Source: Octopus vulgaris (Eukaryota). From it: a stretch of DNA of 64,000 nt. Position 1 is the first letter of the stretch. Every line of letters starts with the position of its first letter. The translations under genes and the position numbers were made by a program. Where the stretch lies: assembly GCA_951406725.2 (NCBI GenBank), contig OX597815.1:65534001-65598000 (forward strand). Reading direction: 5' to 3'. Positions 25,256 to 40,152 of this stretch are shown here, piece after piece. Under the pieces are notes generated by a model. The model was given only the letters and a program-made list of their open reading frames with translations. It did no database searches and was not told the DNA's origin.

Positions 25256-26108
25256 TATGCATACACTTGTGTATACATAACTAATTTCCTTGTCACTTTA
25301 CATATCTGCATGGCTTGAATAGGTCTGCAATATAATATATTCATTTGTACATTGAGTGAAGCCCTCCACTACCACTATCATCATCATCACCACCACAAAC
25401 CACCACCACCACCACTACCATCATTCAGTGTCAATGTTGGTATCAGTTGAATGGTTTGACAGAAACCAATAGCCCCAAATACTGCATTGGGCACCGTGCA
25501 CAAAGATAGGTTGAGCTCTGATGTCATCTTTGGCATGATTGTTATAGATGGAAGCCCTTCCTAATGCCAACCTCTTTACAACATGTACTGGTTGCTATTT
25601 TCTTGGCATCAGCACTAGAGAGGTCGCTATGCAGCTTGCAAGACTACCAACTCCAAAGGCACAACTTTATACTAAGAGATAAGGAATAGAGAGGGGTAAA
25701 GTATGAGAGAAAAGGGTCAGAGCAAAACAGGTTTCTTGTTGTAGAGGAGCTACAAGAGTATAGGAATGAACATGTATAGTTACTCACACACCTTTCAACA
25801 TTGTTTGCAAATACATATGGATACATGCATACATACATATATATTTGCATATATATATATATATATACACACACACACGCATGCATGCATACATGCAAAC
25901 ACATATCAACCTTCCAATTTTCAACATTATATTCCAATACACATTGTGCCTACATAAGAAGCAAGTTCTAGACTATGATTTACTATTGTTACTAACAATT
26001 TGGAGGACAACATAGACTTTTATTTTATCAATAACATATCTAACTTGTATTACATGGGACTTCAGGAGTAGCTTTGTTTAAGTATATGAAAACTGTCATA
26101 CATACTCA

Positions 26109-26182
<74 letters not shown>

Positions 26183-26389
26183 CATACATACATACATACA
26201 TGCATGCATGCACGCATGCATACATTATGTACGTACGTAAGCACCTACTCTTGCAAGCAAGAGCTGACTGGATTGTGATGACCCGTCCAACCTCTGCTGA
26301 CACAGACAAATGACGTCAAACGATGATAATGATGATGATGATATTGATACACTTGCCTGCACACATCTGCTTATATGTGTGCATGTATC

Positions 26390-26434
<45 letters not shown>

Positions 26435-27435
26435 CATATATATATATGTATGTGTATGTAAGCATTCATATACACCTATGCTCAAATAATACACAAATAG
26501 GTACATATATACGTAGATGCATACATACTCATAAGTAAACATATACAGCTATACACAAACATAGAAACATATATATATGTACAAAGACATACACACACAC
26601 ACATACACACACACACATGCATACTCATAAACATAGACTTACATGTAGACACATATAACGGAAGAGACAGAGATACAGACACACACATATTCATTTAACT
26701 AGCTTTTCTCAAAAACCAAATTCTTGTTGCTAACACAGCCAGCTACCACCTAATTTATTCTTAAAAACTTTTTTACTGTTTGTTTGTTTAAAGATAGATT
26801 TTGCCAAAAACTCTCATTTCTGGAACCATTCAGCAGTTTAGACAGCAAGAGGTGGGGGGGGGGGAGGCCGCCAGCTGAGGAGGTGCTTGAGGTGTGGTGT
26901 TAAGGATGGTATGGATTCAGCTGTTAGAGTTAAAACCACAAACATGTCTGATGTTAAACATCTCTGGAGAGTCATTCTGTATTCTAAATATATGGTTAAA
27001 GGTCCCACCAATCTGATAATGTGAGCTGAAAGACTTTGATCAAATTAGATTATCTAAGCAATTAGTAGACAAAAACTCCTACTGGGATGTTTAAAATCTA
27101 AAGAAAAAAAAATGATAACAGGTAAGGCTCAGTTTATTGAAACTTTTGGGGGGAAAATATACAAAATGTAATGTGGATGTGGATCTGTTAGTTGGTGAAA
27201 ATAACAAATATGTTTCAGCCTTTTTAGATCTCCTCAACAAAGCATATTCTACTCAGTTGGCAAAACTAATAGTGATCTCTCTCTTTCTCTCTATCTCTCT
27301 CTCTCTCTCTCTCTGTTATCAAATGATCATTGAAACCTTCTTTTATGGTGCTGAATACAATCTCTCCTTCCCATGTTCCCTCTCATGCCCCTTTCCTAGT
27401 TTTCAGAGTTGGCACTGTCAGTGCAGGTACATATA

Positions 27436-28218
27436 TGACCCAGTTGAGGGACCAGATATCTGAATCGACATACCTTAGTAGATAAAGCAATTAATGATAT
27501 GAAGACAGCAAAGGCACACCACTCCACCCAGCTCATCAGGAAGCACCACCGAGATACTTGAAATATCTGGCAGTGTGGGCTATGGTCTAATCACCCATAT
27601 CAGGTGGTTCACAAAGGAGTCATACCCAATGACTGGTGTAGCAGCACCATAGTCAACTACTACGAGGGTAAAGGTAATGCCTTAGAAATAATTACAGAGG
27701 TATCAAATCGTTGGATCAGGTGATGAAAGTTATGGAGAGGGTCACAGCCCAACTAATTAGGGAGAGAGTTAGTCTAGATTAGATGCAGTTTGATTTTGTG
27801 CCAGGAAGAAGCACCACTGATGTTATATTTCTGGTAAGGCAGTTGCAGGAGAAATACATAGCCAAAGATATACCTCAGTACTTGGCTTTTGTTGACTTAG
27901 AGAAAACCTTTGGCAGGATCCCCCAAACCAACCCTAATCTGGTGGTTAATGTGGAAAGTAAGGATGGATAAGTGATTGGTGAGGGTTCTACAAGCCATGT
28001 ACAGGGACTATACTAGCAAAGTGAAGGTTGGCAATGAGTACAGCAAAGAATTCAGAGTACAAGTTGGGGTTCATAATGGATCGGTCCTCAGCCTCCTCTT
28101 GTTTATCATAGTCCTCCAGGCAATCACAGAAATTTAAGACAGACTGCATCTGGGAGCTCCTCTATGTTGATGACCTTGTTCTTATAGCTGAATTGCTACC
28201 AGAACTAGAGAAGAAGTT

Positions 28219-28220
<2 letters not shown>
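27436..28220 (+). pseudogene. Older RTE reverse transcriptase fragment
   Basis: IPNDWCSSTIV, NYRGIKSLDQVMKV, QFDFVPGRSTTD, AFVDLEK, GVHNGSVLS, LLYVDDL; stops and frameshifts. Confidence 0.92.
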
Positions 28221-28276
<56 letters not shown>

Positions 28277-28470
28277 TTATTTATTTATTTATTGGATGAA
28301 TTAAAATAGAAGGATGAAAAACAAAGTAGTCCCTGTGGTAGGATCAGAACTCAGAATGTAAAAAGATAGAAGAGATGCTGCTAAACATTTGTGCTAACAA
28401 TTCTGCCAGCTCATTGCCTTAGGCAGTTATATAGTTAATTGTATATTTATGACATTATTGCTAAGGTGAC

Positions 28471-28501
<31 letters not shown>

Positions 28502-29761
28502 GCTGTTGTTGATGGCTTCTGTATGTGTATGAGTGTATGTGTGTATGTGTGTGTGTGTGTTTGAGAGAGAGACCAATGAATGAGGAGATATACGAAGTAC
28601 TAGTATGGAAGGTAGTATCACTTTACAAGATTGAGAGGGGAGGGAGAAGTTAGAAGAATGTAAAATAAAATAATGAAATAAAAATAAAAAATAACACAAA
28701 AGTTAGAAAGAAAAAGTGATCAGTTTGAGAGATGTGGGATGAGGGGTGGGTGGGGGTGAAGTGAAGAAATTTCAGTAGATGGAACAGTGGAATGAATTTT
28801 GGCAGAAGGACATAGAGTCTGCTCCCCACTACCCTCTGCATCCCACACTCCTATTGCAGATACAAGGGGGTGGAGGGATAAAGTCACTACAACTGTAGCA
28901 GTAGTGGCAGTGGTGGTGGTAGTGGTGAGTAGGTTGATTAAAAAAAGTACCATTTTAAGTACATCTGGTTCTGACTCAAGGCCGAATGTTGTAAAGTGAA
29001 AGGTAATGGGGTGGGTGGGGGTAGAAAAATAAACAACAGGGGAATGGTGGTAGTGGTGGTGAGATCAGTATTTGGGGGTAGGGGAAAAATAGTAGCAGTG
29101 GTTGTGGTGTGGTAGTGGTGGTGTGACAGTGGTGGTAGTGGTAGAGGTGGTGTGGTAGTGGTGGTGGTGAAGGTGATGTCAATTATATAATAAACACGTG
29201 GATTGACAAAAAAGCAAGTTGTTTTCCTTGTTAACCTATGTGATTGTGTATTGAGTATGTGTATATAACAGTGTAGGATTGTGTGTGTGTGTATGTGTGT
29301 GTGTGTGTGTATTGGTTTCAAATTTTGGCACAAGGCCAGCAATTTCAGGGAAGGGTGCAAGTTGATTACATCAACCCCCAATGTTCAACTGGTATTTCTT
29401 TTATCAACCCCGAAAGGATGAAAGGCAAATTTATCCCCTGTGGAATTTAAACTTAGAATCTCAAGATGAATAAAAGGCCACTAAGCATTTTGCCTGATGT
29501 GCTAATGATTCTGCCAGCTCACAGCCCATGTGTATGTATATATTGCTTTAATCTGGTTGTATGTGCCTGTATGCATATGTGCATTGAGGATATTCTTATG
29601 CTTGTGTGTCCAATGTTAGTATGCGTACCTTGTTCATTTTTACATTCTGAGTTCAAATTCTGCTGAGGTCAATAAAATAAGTACCAGATGAACACTGGGT
29701 TGATGTAATCAATTAGCCCTCTCCCCACAAAATTTCAGGCTTCATCCCTTTAGTAGAAAGG

Positions 29762-29914
29762 ATTATTATTATTATTATTGCCTTTGCACAGCTTCTAACA
29801 CTGGAGATGTACTACAGTGTCAGCTGTTCCCTACCAGTGAACTAAGGTAACACCTCTTATTTTTCAAGCACCTTCTGGAGTATTCGAACAGTTCCAAGCA
29901 GTGCTGTTTTCTGC
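29762..29914 (-). mobile_element. Dong/R4-type 3' terminal fragment
   Basis: QKTALLGTVRILQKVLEK* followed by a short UTR and (TAA)n. Confidence 0.8.
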
Positions 29915-30687
29915 AAATGCCAAGAAGAATGAAAAAAACTCCATCAAATCAATTGTAGTTTGGAATGTAAAATCTGAATTTTCATCAACAAGTTTTCTAT
30001 TGTGCTCTATTTTAGCCATTCCATAATAATTTTGTAAATAGGCACAAGTTCCAAATACTTTTTTGCTGTGTTGGAGACAGGGAATTGTGGATTACATGGT
30101 CCCCAATATTTAACTTTACATTTATCAACTCTACAAGGATATAAAGCAAGTTGACCCAAATTGGATTTAAACTTAGAATATCAGTAACCAGAATGAGTAC
30201 CACTCAACTGATTTGGCCAATGTCAATATTTCAAAGAGAAAGAAGGCAGTGAGCTGGCAGAATTGTTAGCACACCAGGCAAAATGCCTCACTGCATTTCG
30301 TCCATCATTATATTTCAAGTTCATATTCCACCAAGGTTGCCTTTCATCTTTTCTGGGTCAATCATATAAGAACAAGCTGAGTACTGGAGTCGATGTAATC
30401 AACTTACTCTCTCTCTCTCCCTCCCTGAAACTACTGGCCTTGAGCTAAAATTTGAAACCAATATTTCAAAGAGAAAGCGGTTTCCATGAGTTCATGTCCT
30501 GACAACAAACCTATTGATCTAAATATTACAATAGCAACAAACTTGAAAGATTACCTCCTACAATGTCCTACCTACACCAACCCTCTTCATGGGTGAATGA
30601 GGAATAGGCACATCAAGTAAACAACATTTACCTGTGTGCATATGGATGTGTGTGACGTGTGCATACACTCACATGCGCACACTCACA

Positions 30688-30725
<38 letters not shown>

Positions 30726-31048
30726 CACATATATACACACACACACATATATACATATATAACATATATACACACACACACATGCATATGTATACATATA
30801 TACGCATGTATGCCTATGTATATATATATATATATTTATATATTTGTATATGTATACCTCCTACACTTTACCTTTACAGATGAATGGCTAACCAAAACAA
30901 ACAAACAATATTTAATACTGAGTAATATACATACATATATATATTGATAGAAATGGCAAGACAACAAAAGAATGAAAGTGACCTCAATATTATGTAAATA
31001 GCGGAATTTATCTGTAAGTATAATATGTGACAATTATTCAGTAGCCAT

Positions 31049-31109
31049 GATAAAACTTGGAGTTTCGGATGTCGGGGCAGAAACCCACACTGGCATCTCT
31101 TCAGTTATC
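31049..31109 (-). ncRNA. Type I hammerhead ribozyme motif
   Basis: Minus strand GATAA-CTGAAGA-GATG...CATC-C-GAAA-CT-CCA-AG-TT-TTATC. Stem I GATAA:TTATC, CUGAAGA and GAAA core, stem III ACT:AGT, GUU triplet. Confidence 0.7.
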
Positions 31110-31119
31110 GGGCCATCAA

Positions 31120-31159
<40 letters not shown>

Positions 31160-31482
31160 CATACATACATACATGCATACATACATACATACATACATAC
31201 AATACATGTATGTATAACACATTCATTGCAACAGTAACGCAGGTAGCCACAACAACCATAAAAAAATAAATAATAGAATATTTTTTAAAAAAGGACTAAA
31301 TAAATTTTGTGGAAGAAGGATGTATGTGTGTGTGTGTAAGTGCGTGTGTATATGAAGTGAAGTAAACAAGTTGGAATTTATTTTATTGCTGGTAAATATG
31401 TTTACATGGTTATAAATATATTCTATTCTGTTGTCACATTCACACATCTGCAAATATTTGTTTTTATTTTATCTACTACATT

Positions 31483-31524
<42 letters not shown>

Positions 31525-32573
31525 TTATACAAGCACACATATAGAGATGCCTACATATGCATAGAAGTGTTCAACAATATAATATATTTTCTACTGCGTA
31601 TTCATAAACATACACATTCAAGCATACATACATATGTATGCACACAAACACATACACACACGTATATATGTGTACATACACAAATGTATACACATACAAA
31701 TACATTCATATATGCATACACATACATACACATTTATACATACATACAAACATACACACACAAGCATATATACACACATACACAAGCTTACATACATATG
31801 TAAATATATACACACATGCATACATATATATAGACATGCATGTATATACATACATACATAGGAAATACATAAACAGGCACAAACATAACATACAAATCAA
31901 TACATACAAACTAATACATATATACACATACACCCATAAACACCCATATCCACTTTTCCACATGGATACAGACGCTGAGCAACATAGTCAAAAGTTGATT
32001 CCCCTGACCTAATTATGTCACTTGTTTCATCGATCCAAAACAACCAGGAAAAAATAAACAAGGTGCAGAAACAAACAAACACTGCGTTTGATTGGAATCG
32101 AAGAATTTGAGAAACAGTGAATTAGATACACTTAAGGAAATCATCGTCTTCTGTTTCTCTTCACCTTGCACTAAATTTACTATTTTCAGGATATATGCAC
32201 TCAATAGATATCATAGATGTGTGTGCGTATGTATTATATATTTCTGTGCATTCATATTATATTATGTGTGTGTGTATATATATAATAAATATATTACATA
32301 TTTTTATATATGCATATATTCTGTGTGTGTGTGTGTGTGTACCTGTGTGTGTTTGTGTGTATGAATGTATCAAGCAAAAATGTAAGTAAAAATCAATGTA
32401 TTATATTTTACAGGATATCTGTTTCTCTCTGTCTTATCTCTATATATATACATGCACACATGTACATATACACACACACATATATATTTGTATATATACA
32501 TGTATATGTATGAAACAAATGATATAAATCTTTCTAAGCATCTATATTCATATACATATTCATATGCATATTC

Positions 32574-32617
<44 letters not shown>

Positions 32618-32770
32618 GCATACCAGATTAAGCACATAAATGTGAAACAAGGTGGAAAAAATAGTGCTCGAATACCAGAGGTAGAGTAATATGCTTTATT
32701 AAAAAGAATCACATACACACACATATACATATACACACACATCTATATATATATATACATATATATACGT

Positions 32771-32810
<40 letters not shown>

Positions 32811-32893
32811 ACATACACACACACACAAATATATATATATACATATACATACACACACATATATATATATATACATATATATACATGTATATA

Positions 32894-32962
<69 letters not shown>

Positions 32963-32986
32963 ATATATATATATATATATACATAT

Positions 32987-33028
<42 letters not shown>

Positions 33029-33457
33029 ATATATACATATAACAGTGTTTTAGTTTTTTCTTTGTTTCTCGCTGTCCCATTTGTTGGTCACATGACAAGT
33101 CGTCTCTTCTTCCAATTTAGTCACTTCATACAATGTGTCGTCTGCTGAAATGTATCACCACTACCACTACTATCATCATCACTACCACTACAATCACCAC
33201 CACCACCACCATCATCATCATCATTATCATCACCATCTCCACCTACACCACCATCAATATCATCAGCTGGCTATGATATGGTATCCTTCTACCCTCATTC
33301 CTCCTGGAAGCAGGAAGAGGAATTTTAGGGTTACAAGAGCGTTTTATTTTAAGAAAATGTCTGAAATAGCAGCTGTAGTAGTAGCAAAAGTATGAATGCT
33401 AAGTAAAACTTTGCATTGCTGCTCAACTTTGAAGTACAATCATGCATCCATTTCCAA

Positions 33458-33494
<37 letters not shown>

Positions 33495-33577
33495 CATACA
33501 TACACATATATACACATATAAACACACACACATGCACACATATATATATATCTATATATATGTATGTATGTATATAC

Positions 33578-33611
<34 letters not shown>

Positions 33612-33944
33612 CACGCACACTCACACACATACAGATACATACACACACACACACAATATGTTAGAAAATCAGGTTGCCTTGGTGGTACGAGTAGGTTTTG
33701 AAGCGGGTTACTTTATTGGTTTGAGAAATCATAGATGTTATATGTTTAAAAGAGGAATCTATGGTTTAATGGCTAAAACAACAGTGATACTAGTAATGGT
33801 TATTTCTAATATTAGACATTGGGGTGGCATGAGGGTGGAAAGCAATTGCAATCTCATTACAGATTTGTAATCAGAACATAGAAACGTGTGTGTGTGTGTT
33901 TGTGTGTCCGTGTGTAAACATTACCAATGTCATATATTTCATGT

Positions 33945-34173
33945 GTTTTGCTTATATTCTTATTAGCTGCAGGATATTGTCCAGGGAAACATCCAAGATG
34001 TCGAGTGTTAAAAACCACTGGGTACCAATGAAATATTGATCCCCACCATTCTCATTCACCTACAGGGCAATTTGTTTCACCAGGTTTTGAAGTTTGCAGT
34101 GTTTTTAACACTCCCCACAATAAAGAAAGTTTCCCTGGAAGAATCCTGCATTCAATAAGCATTTAAACAAAAC
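33945..34173. mobile_element. Degenerate MITE (long imperfect inverted repeat)
   Basis: TGCAGGATATTGTCCAGGGAAAC...GAGTGTTAAAAACCACTG versus CAGTGTTTTTAACACTC...GTTTCCCTGGAAGAATCCTGCA. Confidence 0.65.
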
Positions 34174-34590
34174 AAACAATACACCCATACATTAAGAATG
34201 TGGCATAAGTAATGTTTTATATCATTAGAGCTGCTTCTAATTTCAAGTTTAATAAATCATCATCATCATCATATAGCATCCTTTTTCCATGCTGGCATGG
34301 GTTGGATAGTGTGACATGGAAATGGCTAGCAGCAAGCTGTCCAGACTCCAACTGTGTATTGTGGTATCATTTCTATGGCCAGATGCCCTTCCTAATGCCA
34401 ACCACTTAACAGAGTGTGCTAAGTGCTTTTTATGCATCACCAGCAAAGGCGCGTTTATATAGCACTGGCATGGGTGCATTTATGCAGCACTGTCATGGAT
34501 GCATTAATACAAACATACAAATCTACATGAACATACACACTTATATAAACATAAACAAATGCACACACATACATAACTGTATATGTACAT

Positions 34591-34908
34591 TAGGGTGGAG
34601 TGAAAATAAAAAAGTGGGGAAATTGAAAATGCCTGAGGGCTAAAATGTTGCCATATTTGATTACTAGAAAAATGCTAAATTTTTGCTGAGATCAATCAAG
34701 GGCATTTACTCCATTAAGCCCCCTAAACTCCGAAAATGGGGGATTTTTGTAAATTTCTTACAGTAGCGGAGTTTGGTGGGTTTGGGGGAGTAAATGCCCC
34801 TGACTGATCTCGGCGAAAATTTAGCATTTTTCTAGTAATAATATAAAGCAAGATTTTAGGCCTCAGGCATTTTTAATTTCCACAACTTTTTATTTTCACT
34901 CCACCCTA
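34591..34908. mobile_element. hAT-type palindromic MITE with 8-bp TSD
   Basis: TAGGGTGGAGTGAAAATAAAAA...TTTTTATTTTCACTCCACCCTA; arms pair over about 140 bp; flanks ATGTACAT and ATGTACGT (7/8 match). Confidence 0.9.
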
Positions 34909-35602
34909 ATGTACGTACATGCATACCTACATAACATATATGCATTGAAAATATAAAAAGACAAGTTTATATATTAGAGTGAAGATTATACAACAGGATC
35001 TGTAGGTTAAATGCACACACACACATGCACACACACACACATTTATATATGCAATACTGCAAGTGTAAAGAAGTAAGTTTATATATTACAGTTCAGGCTA
35101 CACAATGCAGGCTGTACAATGAACAGTAGTTTATATATATGCACACATATGCATGCATACATACATACATACGTATATACATACGTATATACATGCATAT
35201 AACCATACATGCATTCATACATGTATGCATGCATACAAACACAGACATACATGCACACTTACACATATACATACATGAATACATACATATGCACATCCAT
35301 CTACACACACACCCATAGATACATACATATGCACTCACCCATATATCATAGCTTTTAGTGAATGTGCATAATTATCTATGCCTTCATGCACATACATTTT
35401 ATATGGGTGCATATATTTATGAGAGTGCACATATATTTTTATGTGAATATACACACACATGAATGTATGTATACTAATGCACATTCACTATAATCTACAC
35501 ACACGCATACACAAACACACACACTCACACACACACATTTATACACACTCACCTGCGCACATTCATACACACTCACACACACATACATTTATACACACTC
35601 AC

Positions 35603-35633
<31 letters not shown>

Positions 35634-35724
35634 ACTATGTCACTCAACTATTAATTTTTAAGCACCATAAACAAACAAGCTGCTGTGTGCAAGGATGCAG
35701 GCCACATGACCTAGTTTTCTTCTT

Positions 35725-35725
35725 C

Positions 35726-35773
<48 letters not shown>

Positions 35774-35811
35774 CAGTAGCAGCAGCAGCAGCAGTAGTAG
35801 CAGCAGCAGCA
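35725..35811. repeat. (TAG)n(CAG)n repeat followed by low-complexity GTG/CAC tracts to about 36700
   Basis: Directly visible. Confidence 0.9.
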
Positions 35812-38431
35812 ATGTTGGTGGTTGTTAGTACTAGTTGTGGTGGTTACACCTGTGAAACTGGTGGTTGTAATAATGGCATGTGCAGTAGCAGTAGAGGTGG
35901 TAGTATTATTGCTTGTAATGTTTGTTGATGTGATTGTGGCGGTGGTTGTGGTGATCACAGTAAAAGCAGCTATGCTGTTGATGGTGTTGGCAGTGGTAGA
36001 GGTGGTGGTGATGGAGGTAGATGTGATACTTATAGCAGTAGTTTAGGTAGCAGTGTTTTGTTTTGTAGTAGTGACGGTTGTAGATGAAGGAATCACAGCA
36101 ATGCTTGCAGCAGCAGCAGCAGCAACAGTAGTAGAACTTGCTATTATAATAGTAAAGTCAATGAACTAGAACGAGTAGACTAGATTGATTTCTCCATAAC
36201 AAACCACTACCATCACCACTGCTGTCACCACCATCAACACCCTGACTTCCTGGAACATAGTCACAGTACAATAGCCCCATCACCATCATAGCACATAACA
36301 TTACTGCATAGTCCTTACTGCCATGACCACCACCATAACAACATTTATTAAACCATTCCATAACAAAATACAGTCTTTATTATATCACGGACAGCACCAT
36401 CATCATTACCACCACCACCATCACCACCATCATCGTCACCATCATCGTCTCCTCCCACTACCAACACAAGTGCCTTGAACACACAATTATCATAATTTCT
36501 CATGTAATAAACAATTGCAACCTCCACCACCACAATCATCAGACCAGTACCATTGCTGTCACCAACACCACCATTACGATCACTACCACAACCACCACCA
36601 TCACCATCACCACCTTCTACTTCAACATTTCTTGTGTCACCCCCAACTGTCACAAACGCTCATACTGTAACTGCAAACGCTACTACCTCCGCAACAACTA
36701 CAGCTCATACCTTTACTGTTTACTCTAACAGTCATGAACCAACAAGAGAATCTCTATGGAGCTGCTTACCTTTCTTGAAATAGCAGCTAAAAATCTCCCT
36801 CAAACCAGATCTTACCATCTTACAAAAGAAGGAGACACTAGATGATGTGATCCTTGATAAGGTCAAAGATAGGATGGTCTCACATAGATTGATCATTGAT
36901 GTGCTCAATCAAAGGGTTAAACAACAACACCAACCATACCAACATTGTATTATTGAAGCTAATGAGGGAACTTCTAAATGGTCAGTGACTTACAAGGGAG
37001 AGGAGTCAAAATCCCCCTTAAATCACACCCTATCATTGTCTTATAAAATGAACACTTAGAATAATATTCTTTTCTTCTCTAGGCACAAGGCCCAAAAGTT
37101 TTGGAGAGGGGGCCAGTCAGTTAGATCTACTCCAGTATGCAACTGGTACTTAATTTATTGACCCTGAAAGAATGAAAGGCAAAGTTGACCTCAACGGAAT
37201 TTGAACACAGAACATAAAGATATATGAAATACCGCTAAGCATTTTACCTGGCTTGTCCCAGGTAAACTAGTGCAGAAGTAAAAAAGGTATGACCATGACT
37301 GGACTGTCATTTTATCACAGGTTTATGTGCTCTCTCAGGGTTGGCTTGGGGCTCAACAACAAGATGATATGATAATTTACTCTGCCATCACTGTCCTTTC
37401 CACAAATGACCATCACTACAATACTAGGTCTACTGACACCACTATATGTAGGTCAAGACTAACTATCAGTCAAGGAGGCAGCTGCAGGTATATTCTTTTA
37501 TTCTTTTACTTTTTTCAGTCATTTGACTGCATCCATGCTGAAGCACTGCCTTTAGTCAAAGAAATTAACCACAGGACTTACCCTTTGAAAGCCTAGTACT
37601 TATTCTATTGGTCTCTTTTGCTGAACCACTAAGTTACAGGGATATAAACACACCAAAAATTAGTTGTCAAGCAATAATGTTGGAGTGGGGAACAAACACA
37701 GACACACACACACACACACATATATCACATATATATAAATAAAACGGGATTCTTTCAGTTTCCATCTTCCAAATCCACTCACAAGGCTTTCGTTGGCCCA
37801 AGGCTATAGCAGAAGGTACTTGCTCAAGGTGTCATGCAGTGGGTCTGAACCCAGAATCTTATGCCTATAGCTACAGGGCAAATATCTTTTATCTTTTACT
37901 TGTTTCAATCTTTGGACAGTGGCCATGCTGGGGCATTGCTTTGAAGGGTTCAGTCAAACAAATTGTTTTTTCCTTTTTCAAGTCAGGCCACCACCACCAC
38001 CAACAACAACAACCATCACCACCACCACTGCCACAACAACAACCATCACGACCACCACCAACGACACCACAACAACCACCACCAAAACCATCACCACCAC
38101 CACCATATCTAAACATTCCTTACCATGACATCAATAATGAAAATTAATAAAATCTACAGAATAGTAAAACTGACTGAATTTAAGGATTTGTAATATATTT
38201 CACTGCCATTGTGGTGGTGATGGTGATGACCATAGTAGTGGTGGTGGTGGAGGTGGTATGATAGTGGTAGTCTCAGTGGTGTTATTGCTCAGTGTGGTGA
38301 TGGTAGTCCTGCAGCAAATGATGATGATGGTGGAAATGCAAGCAGTGATAGTTCAGGTAGTAGTAGTAGTTGTTGTGGTAGTGGTGATGGTGGTGGTAGA
38401 GGTGGCTGCATTCATGATGGTAGTCATTGAC

Positions 38432-38462
<31 letters not shown>

Positions 38463-38893
38463 GTTATAGTGGCAGGTAGTAGTCCTATAATATTTATGAG
38501 AATAGCAGTAGTAGTGATGGAGACAATGATGATGTTCATGAGGATGATGATGATGATGCTGTGTGCTGTATAGCATCAGAAGAGATGTTCTGTAAGATGG
38601 AGTTTGTGTAGAAAAGGTTGGAGGAGGAGGTGGGGAGAAGTAGCGGGTTGGAGGGGGGGGGGGTGATAGATGAGAAATCCATTGCAAATCTATGTGTAAT
38701 ACAGTTCTTTCAGACAAAGGAATTACGCATGTTCTACATGTGTGTGCACATACAAGATACACACACAAATATATGTGCATGCATATATATACATACATAC
38801 ATACATACATAATAATATATATATATATTTATATAATAGTATGCATGCATATATCTGTGGATAAAACCATTGCATATATACATGTATATATAC

Positions 38894-38972
<79 letters not shown>

Positions 38973-39407
38973 TGTATGTATGGATTTATCCATACAGCTA
39001 TATATATATATATATATGCATATACAATGGAATGTAAAACTTACAGATGTATGTATATTTAAACAAATACACACACACTCACACACACACACACACACAC
39101 ACATACACATATACACATACATAAATACATATACATATACACAATGCACTTCTTTTACAATGTGTCCATCAAATCAATTCATATAGCTTTGGTCAGCCCA
39201 AGCCTAAACAAGAAGACCAAGGGTGCCAGGCAATAGGACTGAACATAAAAACATGTAGTTGGGAAGCAAACAATTTAACCACACATCCATGTCTGTGCCT
39301 CTACACACACACACGCATACCTATATGCATATACATATATATATGTATGTGTATACACACACATATATATATACACATACATACATACGTGTGTGTGTGT
39401 GTAAGTG

Positions 39408-39640
39408 TGTGGCTTAGTGGTTAGGGTGTTGCACTCATGATTGTAAGATTGTGGTTTCGATTCCTGGAGCAGGTGATGTACTGTGTTTTTTAGCAAACCC
39501 CTTCATTTCACATTGCTCCAGCTGGCAAAAGGGAGTAATTCTGTGATAGACCAGGCCCATCCAGGTGGTGGGAGGTATATATATCTCAGAATCCATGGAA
39601 AGTGGTTTTATGAGCCTATGGCTCAGGAAGGACCTTGGTC
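39408..39640 (+). mobile_element. tRNA-derived SINE family C
   Basis: TGGCTTAGTGG A box, GTTTCGATTCC B box, AGCAAA..CTTCATTTCAC core. Related copies at about 50530-50815 (-) and 53990-54320 (+). Confidence 0.7.
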
Positions 39641-39819
39641 CCTGGTTTTGATATATATATATAAACATATATATATATATACACACATATATATATATAA
39701 ACATATATATATACATACATATATATATACATACATATATACATATATTGTTTATATACATACATATATACATCATTGTTTGATTTGCCTAATAGTGGTT
39801 TTATCTCTAATTTAATATA

Positions 39820-40152
<333 letters not shown>

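Noticed and set aside
35725-38560. PolyQ/polyT/polyH-like coding tracts
   Set aside because: Simple trinucleotide repeats in mixed orientations without exon structure.
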